Below are positions 7,450-17,330 of a stretch of DNA of 64,000 nt, in pieces. The notes under the pieces were generated by a model, which saw only the letters and a program-made list of their open reading frames with translations, ran no database searches and had not been told where the DNA came from. Position 1 is the first letter of the stretch. Every line of letters begins with the position of its first letter. Made by a program: the position numbers and the translations under genes. Location of the stretch: NCBI GenBank assembly GCA_902774285.1, contig CACYHO010000004.1, forward strand, positions 4,796 through 68,795. The letters run 5' to 3'. Source of the DNA: an uncultured Pseudomonadota bacterium (lineage in GTDB: Bacteria; Pseudomonadota; Alphaproteobacteria; Rs-D84).

Positions 7450-8284
7450 ATTTCTTGGTGTCGAATACAGTCGCGGCGCAACAGCAAAAATTATTAATGG
7501 GGGGCCTGCATTGGCACCACGCACAGTGCAAAAAATGTTTCCGGATGCAGATTGGACTATTATTTCCCCAGATCCAATAAGCGATGAAGATTGTATGGCT
7601 GACCGATTTGGCGATTCGTTTAATATGCATAAAAAAATATATCCAAACACACCAACCGAAAAACATATTTTTATTGGTGGCGATCACAGCGTAAATTTCT
7701 CGCATTTTGCAGCTATTGCTGATCAACATTCAAACGAAGATTTATGTCTGGTTTATTTTGATGCACACTTGGATATTCATACACCACAATCTTCAAAAGC
7801 AGAAGCATCTGGTGCACCACACGGAACGAATGTCCGACATTTATTAGGCGAAGGTGATGAACGCTGGTTGTCATTACCAAAAAATAAACCTGTGTTAAAA
7901 CCTGAAAATCTATTTTATTTTGGATCACGTTCTTTTGAGCCTTCTGAAATAAAATATGTAAAAGAAAACAATATCTTTTATCGCACACCTGCACAATTAC
8001 AAACTAAAGAAGATTGGGATAACGCGTTCGCACAGGTTCGTAACCGCATAGGCAATAAAAAATTTGTTATATCTTTTGATTTTGACGGTATCGATGAAAA
8101 ATATTTTAAGGACGTTTGGGTTCCCGAATCGAACGGCCTGTCTTTGGATTTTGCAAAATATTTTGTGGAACAATTTTCAGATGCAATTAATTTCGAATTT
8201 GTTGAATGGGCCGTATCTGGCGATAAACAATCTGCGGATATTGTTCGTGAATTGATTGGTATTGTCGTTAATTGTTATCGATAA
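7442..8284 (+). CDS. Arginase-fold ureohydrolase (arginase/agmatinase/formiminoglutamase family)
   Basis: Metal-site motifs GGDHSVNF, FDAHLDIHT and SFDFDGID. The start overlaps the upstream stop by 8 nt. Confidence 0.8.
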   Translation: MIKFLGVEYSRGATAKIINGGPALAPRTVQKMFPDADWTIISPDPISDEDCMADRFGDSFNMHKKIYPNTPTEKHIFIGGDHSVNFSHFAAIADQHSNEDLCLVYFDAHLDIHTPQSSKAEASGAPHGTNVRHLLGEGDERWLSLPKNKPVLKPENLFYFGSRSFEPSEIKYVKENNIFYRTPAQLQTKEDWDNAFAQVRNRIGNKKFVISFDFDGIDEKYFKDVWVPESNGLSLDFAKYFVEQFSDAINFEFVEWAVSGDKQSADIVRELIGIVVNCYR

Positions 8285-8294
8285 TTTTTTACTT

Positions 8295-8795
8295 TCATCG
8301 CATAATTTTACCACAATAAGATTCATATAAAGAGAAAATTGTTGATTTGTGTTCTTTCCACAAATCGATATCTATTTGAAAATTTTTATATCTATCACGA
8401 TTTGCACAATATTCCTTTACAGCCAGATCATACATTTCATCAAGATTTTGTTTTTCCATTATTTTAATTTTAGGTGCACCACACTGATAAAAACCTTCTT
8501 CGTCTTTGCATCTTGCTTTTTTTACATTACCAAACGGTTCTATTCTATATATTTGAGTCTTAAATGCATATTTAGATAATTTATCATACCACAGCATAGT
8601 ATCAAAAGCACCTTCTGAAAAATGAAAACAAGATTTATGTATCATTATTTTTTTGTTATTTGATTTTTGCGTGTTTTTATATGGTGCAGTAAACACTGTG
8701 CCGCAAGGTATGTCAAAAATGTTTGTATCAGTGTGATACAAATATGTAAAAAAAGACCATTCTGTCACTATCTTATAATACATTATTATTACCAT
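8295..8795 (-). CDS. Hypothetical protein
   Basis: 166-aa ORF with no recognised motif. Alternative start at 8783 (MYYKIV). Neither start has a clear SD sequence. Confidence 0.45.
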   Translation of the reverse strand: MVIIMYYKIVTEWSFFTYLYHTDTNIFDIPCGTVFTAPYKNTQKSNNKKIMIHKSCFHFSEGAFDTMLWYDKLSKYAFKTQIYRIEPFGNVKKARCKDEEGFYQCGAPKIKIMEKQNLDEMYDLAVKEYCANRDRYKNFQIDIDLWKEHKSTIFSLYESYCGKIMR

Positions 8796-8832
8796 TTATA
8801 CAGTTATACTATATAGACAAAAACTACTATTG

Positions 8833-9021
8833 TCAACAATTAATTTCACATTTTAAGTTGTGCGCGTAAATATTGCGGGCTAAATCATCACTGATTTGTT
8901 CCCAATCGTTTGCGCGCCCATATATAATTTCGCAATCGCACATATTTTTATTCAACGATTGTGTATTTGTCGCGCAAGATGCCACGAATATCAGCCACAC
9001 CAGTTTTATAAACTTTTTCAT
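8833..9021 (-). CDS. Small lipoprotein (hypothetical)
   Basis: 62 aa with signal plus lipobox-like FVASC. AAAGGA lies 7 nt upstream of the ATG. The start lies inside the 3' end of the upstream ORF in another frame. Confidence 0.5.
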   Translation of the reverse strand: MKKFIKLVWLIFVASCATNTQSLNKNMCDCEIIYGRANDWEQISDDLARNIYAHNLKCEINC

Positions 9022-9175
9022 TTATTATCCTTTGTTGTTTATTGTTTATTTCTGTTTCTTTTATTTGTTCTTGGAAAGTTTGTATTTTACATTTTGAATT
9101 ACCAACACTTTGTCCATAAAAATAAAAAACGGTGCACATGGCACCAATCGCAATTACGATATATAACTTTATCAT
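8948..9175 (-). CDS. Small N-terminally membrane-anchored protein (hypothetical)
   Basis: 75 aa. A strong SD (AAGGTGG) lies 6 nt upstream of the ATG. TM segment LYIVIAIGAMCTVFYFYG is followed by a charged helix-like tail. Confidence 0.55.
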   Translation of the reverse strand: MIKLYIVIAIGAMCTVFYFYGQSVGNSKCKIQTFQEQIKETEINNKQQRIINEKVYKTGVADIRGILRDKYTIVE

Positions 9176-9190
9176 ATTAAGCCACCTTAT

Positions 9191-9213
9191 AAAAAAACCG
9201 CCAAATTGGCGGC
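9191..9213 (-). terminator. Terminator downstream of rho
   Basis: CCGCC-aaatt-GGCGG followed by a T-run on the minus strand. Confidence 0.65.
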
Positions 9214-9218
9214 TTTAT

Positions 9219-10487
9219 TTATTGATTCATTGAATTAAAGAAATCTTCATTGGTCTTGGTCAATCTTAATTTATCCAACAAGAATTCCATTGCTTCCAAT
9301 GTTCCCATCGGATTAATTATACGACGCAAAACATACATCTTGGAAAGAGTATCTTTTGAAACCAACAAATCTTCTTTACGTGTACCAGATTTTGTAATAT
9401 CGATTGCAGGATATACACGTTTATCTGATAATTTACGATCCAAAATAATTTCGCTGTTACCTGTTCCTTTGAATTCTTCGAAAACAACTTCATCCATCTT
9501 TGAACCAGTATCAATCAAGGCCGTTGCGATGATAGTCAAAGAACCGCCACCTTCGATATTACGCGCGGCACCAAAGAAACGCTTTGGACGTTGCAATGCA
9601 TATGCATCAACACCACCGGTTAACACTTTACCACTTGATGGGACAACCGTATTATAAGCACGTCCTAAACGTGTAATAGAATCAAGCAAGATAACAACAT
9701 CTTGACCTGCTTCAACCAAACGTTTTGCTTTTTCGATAACCATTTCAGCAACCTGGATATGACGTGTAGCAGGTTCATCAAAAGTTGATGAAATAACTTC
9801 GCCCCGAACACTGCGTTGCATATCTGTCACTTCTTCTGGGCGTTCATCAATCAAAAGCACTATCAATTTAACATCTGGATAATTGGTAGCGATTGAATGT
9901 GCAATATTTTGCAACATAACTGTTTTACCAGTTCTTGGTGGCGCAACAATCAATGAACGTTGTCCCTTACCAGTTGGTGAAATCAAATCGATAACACGTG
10001 CGGATAAATTGCGTCCTTTGTCTGTATCATTCACGACTTCCATTTGCAATTTTTCATCTGGATACAAAGGTGTCATATCATCAAAAGAAATACGATGACG
10101 TAATTTTTCGGGATCTTCACCGTTAACACGTTCTATTGTTTCCAATGCAAAATAACGTTCAGATTCATTTTGTGGAGCCTGAATTTGACCTTCGACATAA
10201 TCACCTGTTTTTAAGCCATACTTTTTAATTAAATTTGGTGACACATACAAATCATCTGGTCCAGCCAAATAATTGCTTTCCGGAGCACGCAAGAATCCGA
10301 AACCATCTGGCATACGTTCCAAAACACCATCACCAATCAAAACAATTGATTTATCGGCAGCATAAACACGCATAACCGCAAAACGCAATTGTTGAACATT
10401 CAATTGAGAAGGATTTTCAATCCCCATATCTTCAGCCATCTTCAACAATTGTTGAGGAGACTTTGTCTTTAATTCATTTACATGCAT
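9219..10487 (-). CDS. rho: Transcription termination factor Rho
   Basis: N-terminal [25 protein letters not shown], Walker A PPRTGKT, and full-length similarity to Rho throughout. Confidence 0.96.
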   Translation of the reverse strand: MHVNELKTKSPQQLLKMAEDMGIENPSQLNVQQLRFAVMRVYAADKSIVLIGDGVLERMPDGFGFLRAPESNYLAGPDDLYVSPNLIKKYGLKTGDYVEGQIQAPQNESERYFALETIERVNGEDPEKLRHRISFDDMTPLYPDEKLQMEVVNDTDKGRNLSARVIDLISPTGKGQRSLIVAPPRTGKTVMLQNIAHSIATNYPDVKLIVLLIDERPEEVTDMQRSVRGEVISSTFDEPATRHIQVAEMVIEKAKRLVEAGQDVVILLDSITRLGRAYNTVVPSSGKVLTGGVDAYALQRPKRFFGAARNIEGGGSLTIIATALIDTGSKMDEVVFEEFKGTGNSEIILDRKLSDKRVYPAIDITKSGTRKEDLLVSKDTLSKMYVLRRIINPMGTLEAMEFLLDKLRLTKTNEDFFNSMNQ

Positions 10488-10621
10488 GAAAAAACCTTTT
10501 TGTGGAAATCGCAAACGAAGAATTTCGTTGCTTTGATGGGTTAATTATAGAGAAAAATCGTAAAAAAGTCAAGAAAAAAGCGGCCCTGTAATCACAACGA
10601 CCGCAAAAAAACAATCAAAAA

Positions 10622-10792
10622 CTAAGCTGTGTGTTCGCTGTGTTCAGAGATGCCTTTTGCACCCAATTTTGCCAGACTTTCGTTTAATTTTTGTCTGATA
10701 TCAATCTTTTTCTGCGCGGCTTCCATACCAGCTTTTACACCCGCAGTTTTTGCGTTTGCTATACCTTTCTTCCAAGAGTCTTTCATAGCCAT
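10622..10792 (-). CDS. Small basic hypothetical protein (56 aa)
   Basis: Found by hand; it falls below the ORF-track cutoff. Sequence MAMKDSWKKGIANAKTAGVKAGMEAAQKKIDIRQKLNESLAKLGAKGISEHSEHTA, with AAAGG upstream. The opposite-strand ORFs here are low-complexity. Confidence 0.35.
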   Translation of the reverse strand: MAMKDSWKKGIANAKTAGVKAGMEAAQKKIDIRQKLNESLAKLGAKGISEHSEHTA

Positions 10793-10919
10793 TTTTATAC
10801 CTTTTGCGCTTTATCTCTCTATCATTTACGAATATACTATACTAAAAAATATTTTTTGTCAAGTATATTTGTCAATATTTTTAGAATTCTATTTCCGTTT
10901 TAATTTTCATCATTATCCC

Positions 10920-12296
10920 CTATCGTTCGCATTCCGAACATTCATCTGTTTCTGAATATTCTTCAACAACAATTGGTGCCGGTTGTTGTGGTTCTGTATA
11001 ATGAACTTCTTTAACAACACGAACACGACGATTTTCGGCATTTGGTGTATTATCTGGTGTTGGAATCTTTAAATCTTCTTCACCAGCAGAAACTGCGATA
11101 ATTTGAGAAGACGGGATTCCGTACTCAATCAACATCTTTTGCACTGCTTCGGCACGACGACCACCCAATGCATAGTTATAAGAAGTTGATCCTGCTGTAT
11201 CAGTATGACCAACAACGGAAACTTTTACATTCTTGTTAGCCTGAGTTGTGGCAGCCAACTTTCTTATCAAATCATCATATTCAGGTTTGATTTTAGATTT
11301 ATCGAAATCAAATCTGACTTCAAAGATTTCTTCCATAACACGTTGCTTTGGTTCCAATGGAATCTGTTGAACTTTGATAACGGTTTTATCAGACGACGGT
11401 TTACCCATTTCATCCAAACGTGCATTAATTGCAGCCAATTCGGCACGCATAGTCATCATCATTTCAACAAATTCATCTCTTGTTACAAAATCACCTTCGG
11501 GCATCTCTGTTCCGTTTATAACATCATCGCCTTCGGTTGCACTTTCATCACCGCCATAAATATTTTGATTAATTACCATAGGTGGCACAGGCACAGGTTG
11601 AACCAAATTACCAGGGATATTTACGTTATTAACAATAACAACACCTTCGCGAGAGCGAGAAACACCGGCCATAGCATTTAAACGACGAGTTTCTGGATAA
11701 TATTGTTCTTCTGTTTTTGGTGTTAAATTTTCAGATTTAACATGTGTTGGTCCAATCACTTTGCCACTTGCACAATCTTTCAGTGTACGCAAAGATGCCT
11801 GAAAACGTGATTTACATTCTTGAGCCGTTGCATTTTGACCACTGGCCGCAGCAGATATCCAACAATCAAATTTTGCCTGGGCTTCTGCAGCAAGTTGTGG
11901 TTGCATTTGTGCAGCATCATCTTTCAATTCTTCTATTAAATCATTATATGCTGTATAAATTTCAAATCTTTCGCTTTCGTTTCTGATTTTCCAATTATCC
12001 AATGTTTCAGGAAAAGGTGTTTCGCCAGAAAATGCACCTATTGATTTTTGTGCAAATAATTCTGCGATATCAGGGTAACCACTGGTTCTTGCATTATAAA
12101 TAGCAAAAGAACGATAATTCATTGCCAATTGATTTAAAAAGGAATCTTGATGTGGTGCGGCATTTACATTCAAACTTTCAACATATTCTACCGCCGGCAT
12201 GTCGTATTCTGCGACATCATTTTCGGTTCCAACACAACCAGCAACAGCAATACATGCAACCAAAGATAAAGTTGACATATAGTATTTATTTTTCAT
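10920..12296 (-). CDS. OmpA-family lipoprotein
   Basis: Signal plus lipobox LVACIAVAGC. C-terminal OmpA-like domain (VVGHTDTAGSTSYNYALGGRRAEAV, NRRVRV). Confidence 0.8.
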   Translation of the reverse strand: MKNKYYMSTLSLVACIAVAGCVGTENDVAEYDMPAVEYVESLNVNAAPHQDSFLNQLAMNYRSFAIYNARTSGYPDIAELFAQKSIGAFSGETPFPETLDNWKIRNESERFEIYTAYNDLIEELKDDAAQMQPQLAAEAQAKFDCWISAAASGQNATAQECKSRFQASLRTLKDCASGKVIGPTHVKSENLTPKTEEQYYPETRRLNAMAGVSRSREGVVIVNNVNIPGNLVQPVPVPPMVINQNIYGGDESATEGDDVINGTEMPEGDFVTRDEFVEMMMTMRAELAAINARLDEMGKPSSDKTVIKVQQIPLEPKQRVMEEIFEVRFDFDKSKIKPEYDDLIRKLAATTQANKNVKVSVVGHTDTAGSTSYNYALGGRRAEAVQKMLIEYGIPSSQIIAVSAGEEDLKIPTPDNTPNAENRRVRVVKEVHYTEPQQPAPIVVEEYSETDECSECER

Positions 12297-12407
12297 AATA
12301 ATTCCCTTTCCTTCGTTTATTATCGTATTAATTATACATTTTTTTGAAAATCTAGTAAAGAGAAAAAGCACACAAAAGTGTGCTTTTTAACAAAAAAATA
12401 ATATGCA

Positions 12408-13193
12408 TTATTTATCCAACATCGAACCAAGTGATGGTAACACCGATGTGGCCATCGATTTTATATCACTACTGCCCCCCATAGCAGACACAGCGCTCAA
12501 CACAGAAGATGTTCCAGCAGCACCAGAAGATTGTCCAACACTGCCCAAAGTTTGTGTCACAAAACCACCCAGCAATTCGCGCTTTGCGGCTTTAAGCTTT
12601 GTATCAGAACAACGATTTGCTTTTTCTTTTAACTTTCCAATTTTTTTCGCTTCTGCCCTGGTATAGTCATCATCAGAAAACGGTATTTTTGCGAAAACAT
12701 CATATATATTTGATACAGTCGTACATTTTTTACTGTTGCCATCTTCACATTTTGATGTAGAACTGGCTTTTGGAAAACCTTGCCAAACAGTATCTTTATC
12801 TGCGTCACTGTGGAAAGTATCAAAGCATGCTTCATCTTTATCCGCATTATTTATACATGTGCTGTAACCATCTTCCCACTTTTTACCCAAACCGCTTTGC
12901 GCAGATTCTGCAGTAACCTCACCAAGTTTAGCCCATTCTTTGACCAAATCATTAACCGTGTTTAATTCATCAGATGTTGGTGCACAATCCGCACTTAATT
13001 GTTGTTGCCGTGCGTTCAGTGTCTGAACACTGCTGACCAACCCAATAACCGTAGGTAATAAACTGGTTGCAGATTCAACCTTGTCAGCTTTCTTTGTGGC
13101 AACAGGCGCTGCCTTTTTTATATTAATAGCAGCCTGTGATACAGAAATCACAGCAAACGTGGCCATAAAGAAGATGGACAATATCTTTTTCAT
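12408..13193 (-). CDS. Secreted protein with an S/G-rich C-terminus (hypothetical)
   Basis: 261 aa. Signal MKKILSIFFMATFAVISVSQA, scattered Cys, and C-terminal GSVGQSSGAAGTSSVLSAVSAMGGSS. A terminator hairpin lies at 12368-12388. Confidence 0.55.
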   Translation of the reverse strand: MKKILSIFFMATFAVISVSQAAINIKKAAPVATKKADKVESATSLLPTVIGLVSSVQTLNARQQQLSADCAPTSDELNTVNDLVKEWAKLGEVTAESAQSGLGKKWEDGYSTCINNADKDEACFDTFHSDADKDTVWQGFPKASSTSKCEDGNSKKCTTVSNIYDVFAKIPFSDDDYTRAEAKKIGKLKEKANRCSDTKLKAAKRELLGGFVTQTLGSVGQSSGAAGTSSVLSAVSAMGGSSDIKSMATSVLPSLGSMLDK

Positions 13194-13278
13194 CTCTCTC
13201 TGTGTTATTATATCATAAAAAAAAGATTATATAAATATAAAAATTGCATTTTTATTTATAAATCGCTAAACTGTTATC

Positions 13279-13758
13279 ATGCAACAAAATCAACGCAATT
13301 TTATAATTATATCAAAACACAAAAGACTTACCCGTCTTTGGCAATTCTTTTTCACCGGATGGGGATTGGTTATGGTTGCAGTATTGGTTGCAGCATCACT
13401 TTTAACAAAACAAATTTTATGGACACCGATAAGTGCAATCAATATGCACGATGTTGTAACAAACCAATTTAAAATGACTAACGCTTCTTTTGTTGGAACA
13501 GATAAAGACGGAAATCCTTTTAAGATATACGCAAAAAGTGGTCGCAAAGAATACAATAAACCAGATATTATTTTTCTTGAAAAACCGTCCGGCAACATAG
13601 TTCGTGTTACAGACAATAAAAAAATAACGGATAAAATTTCTGCATCCAGCGGTCAATTCAATCTTAAAACAAAAGAATTATCATTAACAGGACATGTCCG
13701 TGTTGATTCCAGCACTGGCGATAAAATTTTAACAGACGAAATGGTGGTACAATTATGA
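13279..13758 (+). CDS. lptC: LPS export protein LptC-like
   Basis: N-terminal TM anchor plus a beta-jellyroll-like sequence (FKMTNASFVGTDKDGNPFKIYAKSG ... LSLTGHVRV). Sits immediately upstream of lptB with a 4-nt overlap. Confidence 0.65.
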   Translation: MQQNQRNFIIISKHKRLTRLWQFFFTGWGLVMVAVLVAASLLTKQILWTPISAINMHDVVTNQFKMTNASFVGTDKDGNPFKIYAKSGRKEYNKPDIIFLEKPSGNIVRVTDNKKITDKISASSGQFNLKTKELSLTGHVRVDSSTGDKILTDEMVVQL

Positions 13759-14486
13759 TAAAAAAATCAGTATTACGGGTTGAACATTTATCAAAAAGTT
13801 ATGGCAAACGCGTGGTATTACGCGACATATCGTTGATTGCTAACCAAGGTGAATCTGTTGGGCTTTTGGGACCAAACGGTGCAGGAAAAACCACCGCGTT
13901 TTATTGTATCACAGGTCAGTTGGCGGCATCCAGCGGTCAAATATTTTTGAATTCCCAAGATATTACTCATTTACCTTTTTATCAACGGTCACGTTTGCAT
14001 ATTGGATACCTGCCCCAAGAAAACAGTGTGTTCCGTGGACTTTCCGTAGAAGACAACATTATGGCTGTTTTGGAAATTGTTGAACCGAATCGTGAAAAGC
14101 GCGAAGAAAAATTAAATGCATTGCTTGATGAATTTTCAATCGCATTTTTACGCAAAAGTCCAGCAACAGCATTGTCTGGTGGCGAACGTCGTCGTGTTGA
14201 AATTGCGCGCGCGTTGGCAAATGATCCTAAATTTATCTTACTGGACGAACCTTTTGCCGGAATTGACCCAATCGCAGTAAATGAAATTCGTGAATTAGTA
14301 TCACAATTAAAACATCGTGGACTTGGTGTTATTATTACCGACCACAATGTTCGTGAAACTTTGGGAATCACAGATCGCAGTTATGTTTTGCATGACGGAA
14401 TGATTTTGAAACACGGAACTACCGATGAAATCGTCCAAGACGAAATGGTTAAAAAAGTTTATTTGGGCGAAAATTTCACTATGTAA
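13755..14486 (+). CDS. lptB: LPS export ABC transporter ATPase LptB
   Basis: Walker A GPNGAGKTT, signature LSGGERRRVEIAR, Walker B ILLDEP. The YLPQE and FRGLSVEDN strings are typical of LptB. Confidence 0.9.
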   Translation: MIKKSVLRVEHLSKSYGKRVVLRDISLIANQGESVGLLGPNGAGKTTAFYCITGQLAASSGQIFLNSQDITHLPFYQRSRLHIGYLPQENSVFRGLSVEDNIMAVLEIVEPNREKREEKLNALLDEFSIAFLRKSPATALSGGERRRVEIARALANDPKFILLDEPFAGIDPIAVNEIRELVSQLKHRGLGVIITDHNVRETLGITDRSYVLHDGMILKHGTTDEIVQDEMVKKVYLGENFTM

Positions 14487-14510
14487 TTTTAATTGAAAGG
14501 ATGGATGAAT

Positions 14511-15773
14511 ATGTTTGCTATAGACAAGATTTATGCGCGTCAAATTATGGATTCACGTGGCAACCCAACTGTTGAATGTGATGTATGGTTAAGTGGCGGC
14601 GCCTTTGGTCGCGCTTCGGTTCCATCGGGGGCTTCTACCGGTTCTTTTGAAGCATTGGAATTACGCGATGGCGATAAATCATATATGGGAAAATCTGTTT
14701 TCAAAGCAGTTAAAAATGTAAATGAAATTATCGCACCCGCCCTGCGCGGTATGGATGCATTAAAACAATCTGACATTGATAATAAAATGTTAGAAATGGA
14801 CGGCACACCTAACAAAGAAAAATTTGGTGCAAATGCAATTTTGTCTGTGTCTTTGGCGGTTGCACATGCAGCAGCGAACGCACAACAAATACCGCTTTAT
14901 AAACATATCGCAAATATATTTGGAAATCAGAATCCAGACACTTTACCACGTCCAATGATGAATATTGTAAATGGTGGCGCACATGCAGATAACGGATTAG
15001 ATGCACAAGAATTTATGATTATTCCAAATGGCGCGAAAAATGAAATCGAAGCGATTCGTATGGGGTCTGAAATTTTTCATAATTTAAAATCTATTTTGAA
15101 AAAATCACATCATTCAACTAATGTTGGTGACGAAGGTGGATTTGCACCAAACTTTGATACATGCGAACAAGCACTGGATACAATTGTTGATGCCATCAAA
15201 ACAGCCGGTTATGTTCCAGGACAAGATGTATCAATTGGTTTAGATGTTGCGTCTTCTGAATTTTACAAAGATGGCGTTTACCATTTTGAAGGATCAGAAA
15301 AAACAGCTGACCAAATGATTGAATTTTACAGTGAATTAATTTCTAAATATCCTGTAATTTCTATCGAAGATGGTTTGGCAGAAGAAGATTGGGATAATTG
15401 GAAAAAATTGACAGCAAAAATCGGAAACAAATGCCAATTGGTCGGCGATGATTTATTTGTCACAAATCCGATTCGTTTGAAAAAAGGTATTGAAAATAAT
15501 TGTGCGAATGCAATACTTATCAAAGTAAACCAGATTGGTTCTTTGACAGAAACTTTGACAGCGATAAAAATGGCTCAGGACGCAAATTATGGCGTAATCA
15601 TTTCCCATCGCAGTGGCGAAACAGAAGACACAACTATTGCTGATTTAGCCGTCGCAACAAATGCAGGACAAATAAAAACAGGTTCTATGTCACGAACAGA
15701 TCGTATGGCAAAATACAACCAATTAATTCGTATTGCCGAAGAATTGGGAAACAAAGCAAAATATGGAATATGA
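14511..15773 (+). CDS. eno: Enolase
   Basis: [31 protein letters not shown] and [24 protein letters not shown] lies upstream of the ATG at 14511. Confidence 0.97.
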   Translation: MFAIDKIYARQIMDSRGNPTVECDVWLSGGAFGRASVPSGASTGSFEALELRDGDKSYMGKSVFKAVKNVNEIIAPALRGMDALKQSDIDNKMLEMDGTPNKEKFGANAILSVSLAVAHAAANAQQIPLYKHIANIFGNQNPDTLPRPMMNIVNGGAHADNGLDAQEFMIIPNGAKNEIEAIRMGSEIFHNLKSILKKSHHSTNVGDEGGFAPNFDTCEQALDTIVDAIKTAGYVPGQDVSIGLDVASSEFYKDGVYHFEGSEKTADQMIEFYSELISKYPVISIEDGLAEEDWDNWKKLTAKIGNKCQLVGDDLFVTNPIRLKKGIENNCANAILIKVNQIGSLTETLTAIKMAQDANYGVIISHRSGETEDTTIADLAVATNAGQIKTGSMSRTDRMAKYNQLIRIAEELGNKAKYGI

Positions 15774-15980
15774 ATGATATCTTTGAATGGGATTTTATTA
15801 GTTTTGAAATATATTATTGCCGCAATAATTTTTGTTGGTATTGTATTAATACCTGCATATCTGGCGGCTGCAAATGGTCGTTCTAAATATGATTCTATGC
15901 GTGCACGCATGGGATCATTGATGTTTGGTTGGTCATTTTTGGGTTGGCTTTTTGCTTTGTTTATCGCATCAAAAAAATAA
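15774..15980 (+). CDS. Small membrane protein, superinfection-immunity (Imm_superinfect)-like family
   Basis: 68 aa with two TM segments. GWSFLGWLFALFIA resembles the family's GW(T/S)xxGWxxAL signature. Confidence 0.55.
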   Translation: MISLNGILLVLKYIIAAIIFVGIVLIPAYLAAANGRSKYDSMRARMGSLMFGWSFLGWLFALFIASKK

Positions 15981-15983
15981 AAA

Positions 15984-16004
15984 ACGCCAAATTGGCGTTT
16001 TTTA
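15984..16004. terminator. Bidirectional terminator hairpin
   Basis: ACGCC-aaatt-GGCGT flanked by an A-run and a T-run. Confidence 0.65.
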
Positions 16005-17327
16005 TTTTTTATTTATTGTTTCATCACCATTTAAACGAATAATTTGTTCTGGATTATCTTGTAATGATTTTATTGTTGAATCTATCAAGGCCTTGCGTTC
16101 CATAAATGTTTTCTTGTTTGCCGCATCCAAATTATCTATCGCCGGCAATTTCACAGTCATAGGATTTACATGAACACCATTTTTGATAACTTCATAATGT
16201 AAGTGTGGACCAGTGGACACACCTGTTGATCCGGAATATCCGATAATTTGTCCCTGACGCACAACTGTTCCTACATTTACGCCTTTGGCAAATTTAGACA
16301 TATGTGCATAAAGGGTTTCGAATGTTCCATTGTGTCTTATCTTTACAAAATTACCATGGCCACGATTATAACTGCGTGCGATAACGCGTCCAGAACCAGC
16401 CGCTGGAATTGGCGTTCCTGTTGGTGCACGGAAATCTACACCTTTGTGTGCACGGGTAAACCCAAGCACAGGATGTTTACGCGCACCAGAAAACTTTGAT
16501 GTAATTTTCGCATTATTTATCGGTGTTCTTTTCAAAGATTTAATCGCACCATTACCATTTTCATCATAATATCCAGAATGTCCATCTGGTTTTACATAAC
16601 GATACATTTGAACATTGCCACGCAACGCATCAAAAGATACCGCCAATATATGTCCGTTGTCCACTTTTTTATCTGAAGCAAAATTTTCTTCGTACAAAAC
16701 ATAGAATTTTTGACCGGCACGAATGTCACGTTCAAAGTCCATTTCAAATGCCAATAAATCATACACATCTAATATAATACCTTCTGGAATACCTGCTTCC
16801 AATGCGGAAAGATAAAAACTGCTGCCCTGGGCAATTTCACCTTGCTTATAAGAAATACGTGTATCGCGTTCAATTTCTATTTTTTGACATTGCCAGGTGT
16901 CAGGTGTTCCGCAATCAATTTCTATTCTGTTCCATGGACCATTTTCAATTATAATTTTTGATATCGGCGCATTTTCATCAGCACGAACAAAATCAATTTT
17001 ATCGCGTCCGGCACGCAGTGTTGTGAAATCTGCATCTTTTTTCAGATTCTTTGATATTGTATCAATATCGCGCATTGAAAAACCATTGTTGCCCAAAATC
17101 TTGGAAAGTGTATCCCCAGATTTAACCTCTACAATCGTGTGGTTTTCATGTGAAAATACGGCTTCACGTGCAGGTCTGTAAAAACAAAACATACCTGCAG
17201 CAACAATAACCATACATATTGCGATATATAAAACAACACGGGACAATATATTAACATCGCCCAGCTTTTTACAAGATTTTACCAATCTGGCAGTCATCTT
17301 TTTCATAATAATTTTTGCTTTTGACAT
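16002..17327 (-). CDS. M23-family peptidoglycan endopeptidase with an N-terminal membrane anchor and LysM/OapA-like segment
   Basis: HKGVDFRAP, YAHMSKF and GSTGVSTGPHLHYEV (LytM metal site), plus VKSGDTLSKIL. The start is ambiguous (17327 or 17306). Confidence 0.85.
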   Translation of the reverse strand: MSKAKIIMKKMTARLVKSCKKLGDVNILSRVVLYIAICMVIVAAGMFCFYRPAREAVFSHENHTIVEVKSGDTLSKILGNNGFSMRDIDTISKNLKKDADFTTLRAGRDKIDFVRADENAPISKIIIENGPWNRIEIDCGTPDTWQCQKIEIERDTRISYKQGEIAQGSSFYLSALEAGIPEGIILDVYDLLAFEMDFERDIRAGQKFYVLYEENFASDKKVDNGHILAVSFDALRGNVQMYRYVKPDGHSGYYDENGNGAIKSLKRTPINNAKITSKFSGARKHPVLGFTRAHKGVDFRAPTGTPIPAAGSGRVIARSYNRGHGNFVKIRHNGTFETLYAHMSKFAKGVNVGTVVRQGQIIGYSGSTGVSTGPHLHYEVIKNGVHVNPMTVKLPAIDNLDAANKKTFMERKALIDSTIKSLQDNPEQIIRLNGDETINKK

Positions 17328-17330
17328 AGG

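Noticed and set aside
10629-10955. Plus-strand ORFs of 108 and 70 aa between rho and the OmpA-family gene.
   Set aside because: These are Phe/Ile/Cys-rich low-complexity translations of AT-rich intergenic DNA with no SD. A 56-aa minus-strand ORF with an SD fits better, though that call is itself low-confidence.
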